From Octopus sinensis (taxonomy: Eukaryota), in NCBI RefSeq assembly GCF_006345805.1, contig NC_043000.1, positions 138,322,001-138,386,000 of the forward strand: a stretch of 64,000 nt of DNA, given 5' to 3'. Positions within the stretch are counted from its first letter, which is position 1, and the number at the start of each line of letters is the position of its first letter. Shown here one piece after another: positions 50,310-61,976 of this stretch. The position numbers were made by a program, and so were the translations under genes. The notes beneath the pieces were generated by a model. That model was not told the DNA's origin and ran no database searches. It saw nothing but the letters and a program-made list of their open reading frames with translations.

Positions 50310-50501
50310 AGTGTGCGCCCTCTGGTATTGCCATCTACCCGCAATACCAGAGGGCGCACACTCTCCTACCCTGATGTAATCTCCAGGGATACAGGCATCC
50401 AGCAACAGGACCTCCGTAATGCCATGATAGACCGTGAAGTCTGGCGTAGCATGGTAAATTCCATTGTCTCGACCACGGTCGAACAATGATGATGATGATA
50501 A
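50310..50501 (+). mobile_element. RTE-X-like LINE 3' end with a 5' snap-back hairpin
   Basis: Nearly identical to the 12766-13045 copy; 50310-50331 is the reverse complement of 50341-50362. Confidence 0.85.
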
Positions 50502-50600
50502 CTGTTATGCATGATTGCAGATGTTGGATGAATAATCTTAGGGATCTAGGCTAGCTCCATTTGGGAGTATCTGCTTTCTAGATGAAAGCCTTCCCTAAAT
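50502..50600 (-). mobile_element. 3' UTR remnant of the R4-like family
   Basis: catgattgcagatgttggatgaataatcttagggatctagg aligns with 43488-43530. Confidence 0.55.
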
Positions 50601-50944
50601 ATCTCAAAACAATGATAATTAATATGGCTACTAATGCTCAGTCATTGCTTCCTGTGATCAGCTGTATTCATGGCATAGGTATGATTGAGCTAAGTTACCT
50701 CCAAATAAATGAAAACCAATCTCCTTTTTCTTACCTTACAATCTCTTGATCCAACTGGTGCTCTCCTTTTTCTTTCCTCTCTGTTTCTGTCAGTCTCTGT
50801 CTGTCTGTCTGTCTCTGTCTGTCTGTCTGTCTGTTTCTATCTGTCTGTATGTCTCTTTCTGTCTCTGTCTCTCTGTCTGTTTGTCTGTCTGTCTCTCTCT
50901 CTTTCTCTCTCAATTTCTCTCTCTATCTATCTATTCATCTATAT

Positions 50945-51324
50945 GTATTATATCATCATCATCCTCATAATTTAATGTATGTTTTCCATGCTGGTATGGG
51001 TTGGGCAATTTGACAGTAGCTGGTCAGCTGAAGACCTGCTCTGGCTCCTTGTCTGTTATAGCAGGATTTCTACATTTGGATGCCCTTCCTGATGCCAACT
51101 GCTTTACAGAGTGTATTGTGTGCTTTTATGCAACACCAGCACAAGTGTATTTATGTGGCACAAATACAGGTGCCTTTTATGTGATACCAGCACCTATGAT
51201 CCTGCAAAAATTAGGAATCCTCAGCAGGAGAGGGATGCAGGAGACGAGCCTGTATGCAAGGACGACCTCACTTTTACTTAACTTGACATGCTTTTTCAAA
51301 CACAGCAATCACCAGGGGTCTTGG
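50945..51324 (-). mobile_element. RTE LINE 3' end (ORF2 end, 3' UTR and GAT tail)
   Basis: Minus strand: gacccctggtgattgctgtgtttgaaaaag ... aacccataccagcatggaaaac...ttaaa, then gat repeats. Confidence 0.7.
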
Positions 51325-51811
51325 TAAATTCCCATCAGGCAACACCACTGAAATACTTAAGATATCTGGTGGAGTGGGATATGACTTAGTCACCCATATA
51401 GCTAATCAGGTTGTCCACGAGGGAGCCATACCCCATGATTGGTGTAGCAGCATCAACCGCTACGAAGGCAAAGGTAATGCCCTAGACAGAAATAATTACA
51501 GAGGCATCAAATAATTACAGAGGCATAAAATTGCTGGACCAGGTGATAAAAGTTGCAGAAAGGGTCGTAGCTCAATTAATTGTGAAAAAAGTTAGCATAG
51601 ATGAGATGCAGTTTGGATTTGTGCCAGGGAGAAGCACCATCGATGCTATCTTCCTGGTGAGGCAACTGCAGGAGAAATACTTGGCCAAATAATAAGCATG
51701 TATATCTGATTTTTGTTGACATGGAGAAAGCCTTCGACAGGGACTTACACTCACTTATCTGGTGGGCAATGTGGAAGCTGGAGATAGACAAATGGGTAGC
51801 GAGAGCTATAC
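51323..51811 (+). mobile_element. RTE-clade reverse transcriptase fragment, inverted relative to the adjacent 3' end
   Basis: PSG..EILKISGG...KGNALDRNNYRGIKLL...QFGFVPGRSTIDAIFLVRQLQEKY...FVDMEKAFD; contains an 18-bp tandem duplication (aaataattacagaggcat). Confidence 0.88.
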
Positions 51812-52810
51812 CATCTTGCATGAATGTGCTATTATTTTTAAATGCTTCGGTCACCCATGGGAAAAAACATTTTTCTTCAACATTTTCCTGTAAATTGCCA
51901 AATTCACCTTCATCCCCTCTTTAATAAACATTAGAGGAGATGTTCTACCATCAGATGGTACTGCTTCCCAAACCATAGCTCCAGGAGGTTTCATTCAGTG
52001 AAACACCCTAAGGGCACCTTTAGAAGAAGCATCCAACTTCATGGACAAAATCCTGTCATTCTAGGTGTTCGCCACAGCCTCCATGGTGAATACATTTTCA
52101 TCCATCCAGATGAAAACATCTTCACTGGTGCTCTGAATCTCCTGCACCATTTTCTTGCACCTGTCCAGTTGCTTCGCTTTGGAAGTGATCAAAGTTAGGT
52201 GTTAACATTGCAATTTTAATGACTTTGAGTTCAGATTCTGCTGAGGTCGACTTTGCCTTTCATCCTTATGAAGTCGATTGAATAAGTACCAGTTAATCAC
52301 TGGGGTCGATGTAATCGACTTAATCCCCTTGTCTGTCCTTGTTTGTCTCCTCTATGTTTAGCCCCCTGTGGGTAATAAAGAAATAAAAAATGACTTACAA
52401 TTTAAGTTTTCCTGCATGACCCATCACATGGTTGTTTGGGAGATATCAAGACTTTTAGCTCCACCATAGATTTCATGACACTCTCTGTTGGACGACAACC
52501 ACCAACTGCTTCATCCTTATGGATTGTTTCCAACCAGGAATGGGCTTGCTTTTTATTGAGTCTGTCTCACTGTAGTGTTTCATACATTATGGGCTATTTC
52601 AGGATGAACACCAACCCATGAAGCCAAATCTTTGGTGCCAAGTCCTGCTTTTTTCAGAGCTACAAGCTCACTTCACCTGTTATCTACCATAATGAAAAGT
52701 TTTACTCACTGAATGTAAATAAACAATGGAGTGTACGTAAACAATTAAATATCAAGGAGTGCATTCTAATTAGTTTTGTGCATTTTCAGACTAAATTTAA
52801 TAAAATATAC
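51811..52810 (-). mobile_element. Tc1/mariner-superfamily (maT/DD37D-like) transposase fossil interrupted by a SINE
   Basis: ATG at 52690; HTH-like SLDISQTTM..., then RCKKM...FIWMDENVFT...AMVWEAVPSDGRTSPLMFIKEG...FMQDG. The reading frame is continuous across the SINE once the TSD is removed. Confidence 0.82.
52226..52388 (+). mobile_element. SINE family B, 5'-truncated, 8-bp TSD
   Basis: aatgactt occurs at 52218 and 52389. Confidence 0.85.
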
Positions 52811-52818
52811 ATGTTTAA

Positions 52819-53034
52819 CCCTTTTGTTACCAACCCGGCTATGGCTCTGTAGTACAAATGTCTTGTTTTCATAAGTTCTGAAGTAAAATCTTCAACCAAA
52901 CCTTAGTCATAATTTATGTTCCTTACACTAGCTGAATGATGACTAAGTTAAGTTATTTTACTAAATTCTTCGTTATATTTAAAATAATTGTGAGAAACAC
53001 AGAGCATCTCAAAATAGATACAGTAACAAAAGTG
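52819..53034. mobile_element. piggyBac-type MITE (216 bp)
   Basis: TTAA on both sides (52815, 53035); TIRs cccttttgttac / gtaacaaaagtg with 1 mismatch. Confidence 0.78.
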
Positions 53035-54272
53035 TTAAATAATCAGGTGCACTCTGTATAGAATATATTATAACTGGCACTCATTAACTTTGGTCATCCT
53101 TACTAGCCTTGTCTTCAGAAGTGTCAAAATAACGAAATGACAGAATCATTAGGATGTGAAACAAAATGTTGAGTGGCATTTCTTCCACTTCTTTACGTTC
53201 TAAATTCAAATTCCACCAGGACTAACTTGGCCTTTCACCCCTCCAGTGTTGATAAAATAAAGTTCCTGTCAAGTACTACAGTTGATGCAATCAACTAACT
53301 CCTCTCTCCCTAAAAATGCTTACCTTGTATCAAAATATGAAACCATTAAATTCAGAAGCTTTGATTTTCTGTATAAGAACATTAGGTTAGAATACTGTGA
53401 AAGAATAATAGAATGCTATGATATATAAACCTATCTTGCAAACATTAAGAATACCATTATGTTTTTAGATCTGTATTTATTTCAATGTCGTTATATATTT
53501 ATAATTTTGTTAGTTATCTGACACACACAGAAGCATTATTTAAAAATAATTTCCCCTTAAATATTTCAAACTAATTTCATTTAATAGAGATTTATTTCTG
53601 TATTTTCCCAATTTTCATATTTTTATATTTTGCTTTTTGTTTTTTGATACTTAGCTTCAGTTTTAAGGATAAAAACATTTATTTATAAGAATTTTTTTTA
53701 TTTCATAACGTATTGCTAATGTTTGATAATGAACACTTAATTTATTTATTTTTATTAGATATGTATATACACACGTGCGTGTGTGTCTGTGTGTGTATGA
53801 AATTATATATAAATTTTAGTGTATAAATTGAGGGAACAGTACTCAATACACACAGAATGGTTCATTTATTCATTGAAAGTTCATGTTTCAGCCCACCGTT
53901 AATTTATTCTGTGTTGCATGCATTTTTGTTTATTTAGATGTTGAATAAACATTTAATTGTTTACTCTTTTACCAGAATAGTCTAATCTTACCAGTTTCAA
54001 TGGTAATCCATCAACAATAACAGTGACAAATTCAGAGCACTTCTCTTTCACATGTGTGGCTGTGTAATCAGTATTACTAGAATGTCTGGCATATATGTGT
54101 GCACGTGTTTGTGTGCATATGTGTATGTGTATGTGCATGTGTGTGTGTATGTGTGTGTGTTTGTGCATGTGTGTGTTTAGATATAGTATAAATAAATCTT
54201 GGCTCTCATATGGCTTAACATAGTCTAAGCCACTGGCCTTTTCTGCAGTTTGAGGACATTGATGGAAAATAA

Positions 54273-54505
54273 GGCGGCGAGCTGGCAGAAACGTTAGCAC
54301 GCCAGGCGAAATGCTTAGCGGTATTTCGTCTGCTGCTATGTTCTGAGTTCAAATTCCGCCGAGGTCGACTTTGCCTTTCATCCTTTTGGGGTCGATTAAA
54401 TAAGTACCAGTTACGCACTGGGGTCTATATAATCGACTTAATCCATTTGTCTGTCCTTGCTTGTCCTCTCTGTGTTTAGCCCCTTGTGGGTAGTAAAGAA
54501 ATAGG
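54273..54505 (+). mobile_element. SINE family B, full length
   Basis: Complete head to tail; aaataag flanks both ends. Confidence 0.9.
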
Positions 54506-55053
54506 TAAATAAGTTCCGCATGTAAGAATAAAAGTGATGTTATTAACTCTGTGGAGAATATAATAAAATGAATAATGATAATAGGGAATTGAACATGGAA
54601 TCTTAAATGGAGGTTGTATATTAGATATGAGTAGTAAGAAAAGAAAGAGAGAATTGGAGAGTTGCTAAGCTTATGTCCAACAGGACGTGAAACAGAAATT
54701 ATTTATATTTCAAAACAAAGCACCCTAATAATTTCACCTTATTAATATAAAGTGCATGGAAAAAAATCGTCAGATCTTTTACTGGTAACTAGAAAAATAA
54801 TAGGGATTGTTTGATGTAAAGTGATGTAAGGTATCTAGTTGTGAATCTAGTTATAGTAAGATGAGTCATCATGTAACTAAGAATTTCAAGAGGCAGAAAG
54901 TTATGAGGCAAATTTCTTAAAGCATAGGGTGTCATTCAATTAATCTTGAATGATTCTTAGCTGTATCATTTGTAACTACTACCACACTAAAGGTGAGGTA
55001 TTAATTGAGCAAAAACAATGCTCTTCAGTTGGAAATGTACAAACAATACTTTC

Positions 55054-55352
55054 CAGGAGTGGCTGTGTGGTAAGTAGCTTGCTTACCAACCACATGGTTC
55101 CGGGTTCAGCCCCACTGTGTGGCATCTTGGGCAAGTGTCTTCTGCTATAGCCCCGGGCCGACCAATGCCTTGTGAGTGGATTTGGTAGATGGAAACTGAA
55201 AGAAGCCTGTCGTATATATGTATATATATATATGTATGTGTGTATATATATTTGTGTGTGTGTTTGTCCCCCTAGCATTGCTTGACAACTGATGCTGGTG
55301 TGTTTACATCCCCGTCACTTAGCAAATGACTGAAACAAGTAAAAGAAAAAAA
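55054..55352 (+). mobile_element. SINE family A with an internal deletion of about 110 nt
   Basis: cacttagc is joined directly to aaatgactgaaacaag. Confidence 0.88.
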
Positions 55353-55552
55353 ATAAGGTACTTGGCTAAAGAAAAATGCTAACAAATATTTCACAATATG
55401 CAGAAAGATTTTGATATGAATAAAATATGTTCAGGATCCAATCAGGAAACTGTGTGTTGTCAAATCAGCCATAATGTCCAACCTCCATGAGAAGACTCCA
55501 AAAATACATTATTTACACTTAACAGATATTTGTCCTCATCTTGTTTGTTGTT

Positions 55553-55598
55553 AACATAAGGTTTCAGCTGATATACCCTCCAGCCTTCATCAGGTGTC
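55553..55598 (-). ncRNA. Minimal type I hammerhead motif, mutated helix III
   Basis: GACAC CUGAUGA a GGCU...AGCU GAAA C C UU AUGUU. Confidence 0.6.
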
Positions 55599-55838
55599 TT
55601 GGGGAAATTTCGAACTTGGGTTCTCATTCTTAAGGTATTTTTTGATGTTATTATTATTATTATTATTCTATGTTTGACTTTTGCTTTATATTTGTACAAG
55701 TTGGCTCCAAGTCTCACCCAGAGACCTCAAGAGACAACAGGTTGGAAGTTCGTGTTGTTGTTATGCCTAGTGTGCCATATATTTGGTTTTGTATTTAGTG
55801 TTGTACTAGTGAATGTCTTAAAAAAACAACAAAAAAAC

Positions 55839-55869
<31 letters not shown>

Positions 55870-56038
55870 ATTTTTATTATTATTATTATTTATATTATTA
55901 TTCAAGTCACTGCCTGGAATCGAACTCAGAATCTTGGGGTTAGTAGCACATGCTCTTAATCACTAAGCCATAAGCCTGTGGTTAAGAGTGCGGGCTACTA
56001 ACCTGAAGATTCCGAGTTTCATTCCAGGCAGTGACCTA

Positions 56039-56069
<31 letters not shown>

Positions 56070-56116
56070 TCAAAAAATACCTTAAAAATGAGAACCCAGG
56101 TTCGAAATTTCCCCAA

Positions 56117-56162
56117 GACACCTGATGAAGGCTAGAGGGTATATCAGCCAAAACCTTGTGTT
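56117..56162 (+). ncRNA. Minimal type I hammerhead motif, G12A and helix III mutations
   Basis: GACAC CUGAUGA a GGCU...AGCC AAAA C C UU GUGUU. Confidence 0.6.
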
Positions 56163-56864
56163 AACAACAAACAAGATGAGGACAAATATCTGTCAAGTGT
56201 AAATAATGTAAATGATGTACATAATTCCTCATCTCTTAAATATAGAAACTCCAAAAATATTATCATTCATATGTTTTCTTATCAGCTTCTCTGACCAAAA
56301 TTTTATTCATTTAACTGCTCATGTTTCAACTTCAAATATTTATCCTGTCTTAATTTCAAACTGCACTTCATCTCTTGGTAACTAAGGCAACATATGCATC
56401 TAAAAACTAAGGCAACAGATGTGGTTAAATTACAACTTTCAACAAGCACTCACCACTGTGATTATATCTGTCATCATATCTTCAAAATTCATTTCATAGA
56501 TATTCATTTGAAGAATATTTCAGTTTGGATCTGTTATTCAGAAGAATCAGCTCAAAACTAGCAATCAACATTGGTGCCTATTCCAGGCATTAAAAGACCT
56601 ACCACCTTGCTGTTTTTTTAGTACATCTAAGTTTGGGCATTACAGAATTTCCTGAGCGATTCCTGTAAAGAATTTCCTGAGCAATTCCTGTAATAATTAA
56701 TTTTGCAGGATAATGTAAGAGAAAAAGTCAGTTAGTGAGGTGCTTTATTTCTGAAAAAAGGATCAAGAACAGAAATGAACAGAAGTATTTAGTGTACACA
56801 AAGATATCAAGGATGACAATAAGTTCTTTTGCTTTTAATTTCAGTATTTTCTTGGATCGTAGGG

Positions 56865-57257
56865 TGGCTGTGCTTGAGGAGACCTATTGAGTCAAGTACA
56901 TCAACATCAAAATGAAAAATCCAATGGAAATTGTAGTTGTGATACCTGTGCTGGTGGCACGTAAAAGCACCATCCTAATGTGGCCGATGGCAGCACCACC
57001 TTGACTGGCTTCCATGCCAGCGGCATGTAAAAGGCACCAACCGATCTTGACTGATGCCAGCCTACCCTGGCACCTGTGCCAGTGGCATGTAAAAAGCACC
57101 CACTACACTCACGGAGTGGTTGGCATTAGGAAGGGTATCCAGCTGTAGAAACGCTGCCAGATCAGCCTGGTGCAGCCTCCAAGGCTTCCCAGACCCCGGT
57201 CAAACTGTCCAACTCATGCTAGCATGGAAAACGGACGTTAAACGATGATGATGATGA
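56865..57257 (+). mobile_element. RTE 3' end (about 2.5 hairpin units)
   Basis: Same subfamily as 31847; (GAT)n tail. Confidence 0.85.
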
Positions 57258-58929
57258 TTATAATCCATAGAGGAATGAACTGGGTAACAGTTAAAAGAGT
57301 TCAAATTTTGGGAAAAAGAACAAGAACCAAAAAACTTAATTCAGAAAACATCCAGACAGATGCTGGAATAGAAATTAGCAATCAATATATTATTTAGCTA
57401 TTTCTGGATGTGTGTAAGTTCATTTCTTGTAACATGCACATGTATTATAAAAAGGAAAAAAAAAACTGCATGTATAATACATAACTTAGAAGTAGCACTG
57501 CAGATATGCCAACACAGAGACATGGGTGCCCTCATGTGCTTCTCATGAGGAATTCTGGAAGAATTTTTATGAGACCACTGCAGAGACACTGCTGGAAAAA
57601 AAAAAGAAAGAATCAGTAACGGTTGGAAAACCGATTATAGCAGTGATTCAATCAATTCCTAGCAATATCTGAAGGAATTTTTATATTCCAAAATATTATA
57701 TCAGACCATAATTAAATTATAACAGTTATTATAGTCCACACTATTGTTGTACTGTTCATGACACATTATATTTCACAAACAATATGCAATGCTTTCAACG
57801 AACTACAATACTTTCCTATTACCATGATCACTTCCATGAGGGCTGTTGCTGTTGTTGTTGTTGTTGTTGTTGTTTTGGACAAGATCTCTGATGATGCAGA
57901 CCTAAGATCAGAAGTGTTCCATCCATGAACATCCAATCTTTTGTTTGGACATTGTGTATTTAGAAATATATTATTCAATGTATTGTTATTTTTAAAGCAA
58001 TATGGTATGAATTGAGAGATACTTGGCAGTTATTTCAAACTAGCCAAATTGTTGAAGATCCCATGTTATTTTTTTCATATAAGATTTGTTGTTGGAGACA
58101 AATATTACAAAGGAAATAAACAAAATAAATCGTGCATAAAAGAATTGTGACGTGAACTCAGTAGTCTGAAATTTGGGCAAGTTGTCTTAGATTGTAAAAT
58201 CAGAGAATCTACAAACTTGCACCAAGCAAAATAAATTAATAAATAAACGAGAAAATATACAAATAAAGAACATGTCTTTAATGAAGAGATTCAAAAACAC
58301 AAAATCTAAGAAGGTACAACAGTTCATGCAGTTTTATATTGTCAAGTGTTGCCTGACAATTTCAAAGCCTCTTTTGTTTTTGAAAGCAATAGAATCAAGA
58401 GGAATGTTCGGTGCTAGCACAGAAAGTATGCTTGCAATTATAATGAATAAAAGACAGCCCTTTCTCTTTTATGGTCATTCTTCCTAAGTAAATAAGTGTG
58501 TGATGGGCTGTTTAATGTCAACATAATTAGATTCAGAAGAACCAATCTATGTGAATTGTTAGGTTTGTATAAAACTTGGTATCTGGGAAAATAAATTCGG
58601 TATTAAACATATTTAGACATGTATATAATATACCTGTGTGTCAGAAGTAAAACCTAAATGTACATATGCATGCATGAATGCATACATGCATCCATGTATA
58701 TGCATATCTGCACACTCCATAATCATTGTACATCAAGTATATGACTGTCTGTCTGTCTGTTCCATTCTCTCTCTCTCTCTCTTTCTGACACCTTGGGAGT
58801 TGCAACCAAATTCTATTCAGTTGCATGCATTTGAGCCAAGTTCCCAGTTTGAGGATTCTCTCCATGGTCCTTTCCACCATTCTCAGGAGGCCTGTTACAG
58901 CCTTATTCACTGCCTCACTCCAGACTAAA

Positions 58930-59530
58930 AGACTTATCCTCATCATTCGAGTCTACTTTCCATGCTGGCATGGGTTAGATTGTCTAACTGGAACTGGTAA
59001 ACCAAAGAGGTGCACCAAGTTCCAGTGAGATTTAGCATTGGCTCTATAGCAGGATGCCCTTCTTAATGCCAATTAATCCAAGAGTGTAATTGGTGTTTTT
59101 AACATGCCACTGGCACGAGTGCCAGTTATGTGACACTGGTATCAGCCATCACATTAAGATGGTGAGCTGGCAGAAACGTTAGCGCACGGGGTGAAATGCT
59201 TAGCAGTATTTCATCTGCCGCTACGTTCTGAGTTCAAATTCCGCTGAGGTCGACTTTGCCTTTCATTCTTTTGGGTCGATAAATTAAGGACCAGTTACGC
59301 ACTGGGATCGATATAATCGACTTAATCTGTTTGTCTGTCCTTGTTTGTCCTCTCTATGTTTAACCCCTTGTGGGTAGTAAAGAAATAGGTATCGGCCATT
59401 ACTATGATTTCACTTGGCCAAATGGGTCTTCTTAAGTACAATATCACCAAAGGCCTTAATCCCTTGTCAACACCTCCATGAGGCTCAATGTTCAAAGATC
59501 ATGATTCACGACCTTGTCCCATGTCTTCCT
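58930..59530 (-). mobile_element. RTE 3' end interrupted by a family B SINE
   Basis: RTE pieces at 58930-59152 and 59388-59530. Confidence 0.7.
59158..59387 (+). mobile_element. SINE family B with a TSD of about 15 bp
   Basis: ggtatcagccatcac (59138) and ggtatcggccattac (59388). Confidence 0.88.
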
Positions 59531-60169
59531 GGATCTACCTAAGAAACTAAAACAGAAAAAATTCTTACCCACCTTCTACTTCAACCCTGAGGTTCTACAC
59601 CTCATGAAATGATCACATACATATGGTATAAGCATCAATATATTCTGCTAATTAAAATCAAGTCAACAGATCTTAATAAGAACTAAAGCAACTTAAAACA
59701 GCATAAAATATCAGTAAGTCAAAAAAATTCTGTTTCTTAGCGGAATTAATTAATGTTTTCCATGAGTTAGTCAACACAGAGCCATGTTAATCCAGAACGG
59801 TATTTATACATAGCTGAGAATGTGGGAATGATATGAGCTAAATTTACAAATAAGGAGCTTATATGAACAGACATTGATTCCGAAACCAAAATCAATTCAT
59901 TACATAATTAGTCAGGAATATTAGAAGTAATCATATAATTAATATATTTTCCTTCTTTTTCTTTTTATTTCTGTTTTTTTTTTTTCTTCAAATGCCTTCT
60001 AACTAATTCTCCTCTTATAGAAGAATTTATTTGCCAGCAAGCAAGCAAACATTGTTCACTTGCTGATAAAAAAAATATTGCAATAGGATTTTACACCAAA
60101 TGACTTTTAACTTCACTAACTTCTTACTCAGTGCACTACAGTCTTAGAGTCCTGAATGCATCCTATTAA

Positions 60170-60192
60170 GTTAGTCATCATCATCATCATAG

Positions 60193-60234
<42 letters not shown>

Positions 60235-60390
60235 ACTACTACCACCACCACCACCACCACCACCACCACCACCACTACCACCACCACCACCACCGCTACG
60301 GCTGCTGCTATTACCACCGACCATCTTAATCATCGTCATTGTCATCATCATCATCATTATTATTATTGTTGCTATTTATTACTATTATTA
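60170..60390. repeat. (CAT)(ACT)(ACC)(ATT) compound microsatellite
   Basis: Directly visible. Confidence 0.93.
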
Positions 60391-60777
60391 GGTGCAGTGA
60401 GCTGTAGAAACATGAAATTATAAGAAAAATAGAAAAAATATTTGTTCCTTTTATATTCCAAGTTCAAATCCTGCTGAGGTGAACTTTGTGCTTCATCTCT
60501 ATGGGACTGGTATAATAAAGCACTAGCCAAGTACTGGGCTCAGTGGAATCACCTCCACCTCTATCACAACTACAGCTCACACTATTACAATCACTCATTA
60601 CCATCACACAGCCACCATCTAATACTTCTCTATGTCTACCATTACTCTCACCCAAACATGAGCAGTAGTAGGAGTATCAATGACTAGTGGGAGAGGGGGT
60701 CGAAGTGTGACATACTGACACACAGAAATTAGTTTATGCATTTATTATATTAGGTGTATATATATTATATGTATAAT

Positions 60778-60822
<45 letters not shown>

Positions 60823-61269
60823 CATATACACACAGATACAACAGGTTTCCTTCAGTATCTGTCACCAAATCTAATATAAAGCTTTGGTAAGCCTGAGCTA
60901 CAGAGAGATACTTGCCCAAAGTACCATGCAGAAAGATGGAAGCTGGAACGAAGTGGTTGGATGAAAACTTCTTACAACGTGGGTGTATGGGTGCACATGT
61001 GTAGGTATGAACAGGCGCACTTATGCGAATACTATGAACTTTTTACCCCCTTACTTAGCAGTCATTCGAATAGCTCTTTTGTCTTAATAATGGTCAATCA
61101 CACAGTAATTTCCCTTTGTATAACGGTCATTTTTCATAGCATTTTTCTGATGGCCAGATAACTGAAGAGATGGTGGTGTAGATTTCCACCTAGGCATCTG
61201 AAATTCGGAGTTTTATTATGGCTATCGAATAATTGTCTCATATTACATTATATATATATATACATACAT

Positions 61270-61412
61270 ATACACAATGGGCTTCTTTCTGTTTCTGTCT
61301 ACCAAATCTACTCACAAGGCTTTGGTCGGCCTGAAGTTATAGTAGAAGACACTTGCCCAAGGTGCCATGCAGTGGGACTGAACCTGGAACCATGTGCTTC
61401 AGAAGAAAGCTT
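61270..61412 (-). mobile_element. SINE family A, 5' half
   Basis: Head and CORE-like part only. Confidence 0.8.
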
Positions 61413-61553
61413 CTTACCACACAGCCATGCCTGTCCTTGGCAAACTTCTTGAACATTTTTAGCCTTACAAGCATGTTTAGAACATTTATTATTATGGCAA
61501 TTTATTTCCCCATGATATTAAATATTATTATAAAAAATATGATACTATTGCTA

Positions 61554-61976
61554 TCTCTTTTACTCTTTATACTATTTTACTTGTTTCAGTCATTTGACTG
61601 CGGCCATGCTGGAGCACCACCTTTAGTCGAGCAAATCGACCCCAGGACTTATTCTTTGTAAGCCCAGTACTTATTCTATCAGTCTCTTGTGCTGAACCGC
61701 TAAGTGATGGGGACGTAAACACACCGGCATCGGTTGTCAAGCAATGATAGGGGGACAAACACAGACACACAAACATACACACAAATACATATATATATAT
61801 ACATACATATATATGACAGGCTTCTTTCAGTTTCAGTCTACCAAATCCACTCACAAGGCATTGGTCGGCCCGGGACTATAGCAGAAGACACTTGCCCAAG
61901 GTGCCATGCAGTGGGACTGAGCCCGGAACCATGTGGTTGGTAAGCAAGCTACTTACCACACAGCCACTCCTGCGCC
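61554..61976 (-). mobile_element. SINE family A
   Basis: Full length; same subfamily as the 6310, 10202, 15728 and 55054 copies. Confidence 0.9.

Larger units (their letters stand above)
55505..56250. mobile_element. Head-to-head pair of a tRNA-headed, hammerhead-bearing element (family P5)
   Basis: tRNA-like heads at about 55900-55970 (-) and 55977-56036 (+), (AAT)n spacers, and ribozyme modules at 55505-55650 (-) and 56065-56250 (+). Confidence 0.8.

Noticed and set aside
53993-54060. Small-GTPase-like peptide VTVIVDGLPLKL
   Set aside because: The resemblance covers only a few residues, and no G-box motifs (GxxxxGK, DTAG, NKxD) are nearby.
55900-56036. Genuine tRNA genes (also the SINE heads at 140-207 and 29420-29486)
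   Set aside because: A and B boxes are present but the acceptor stems do not close; each is embedded in a repeat.
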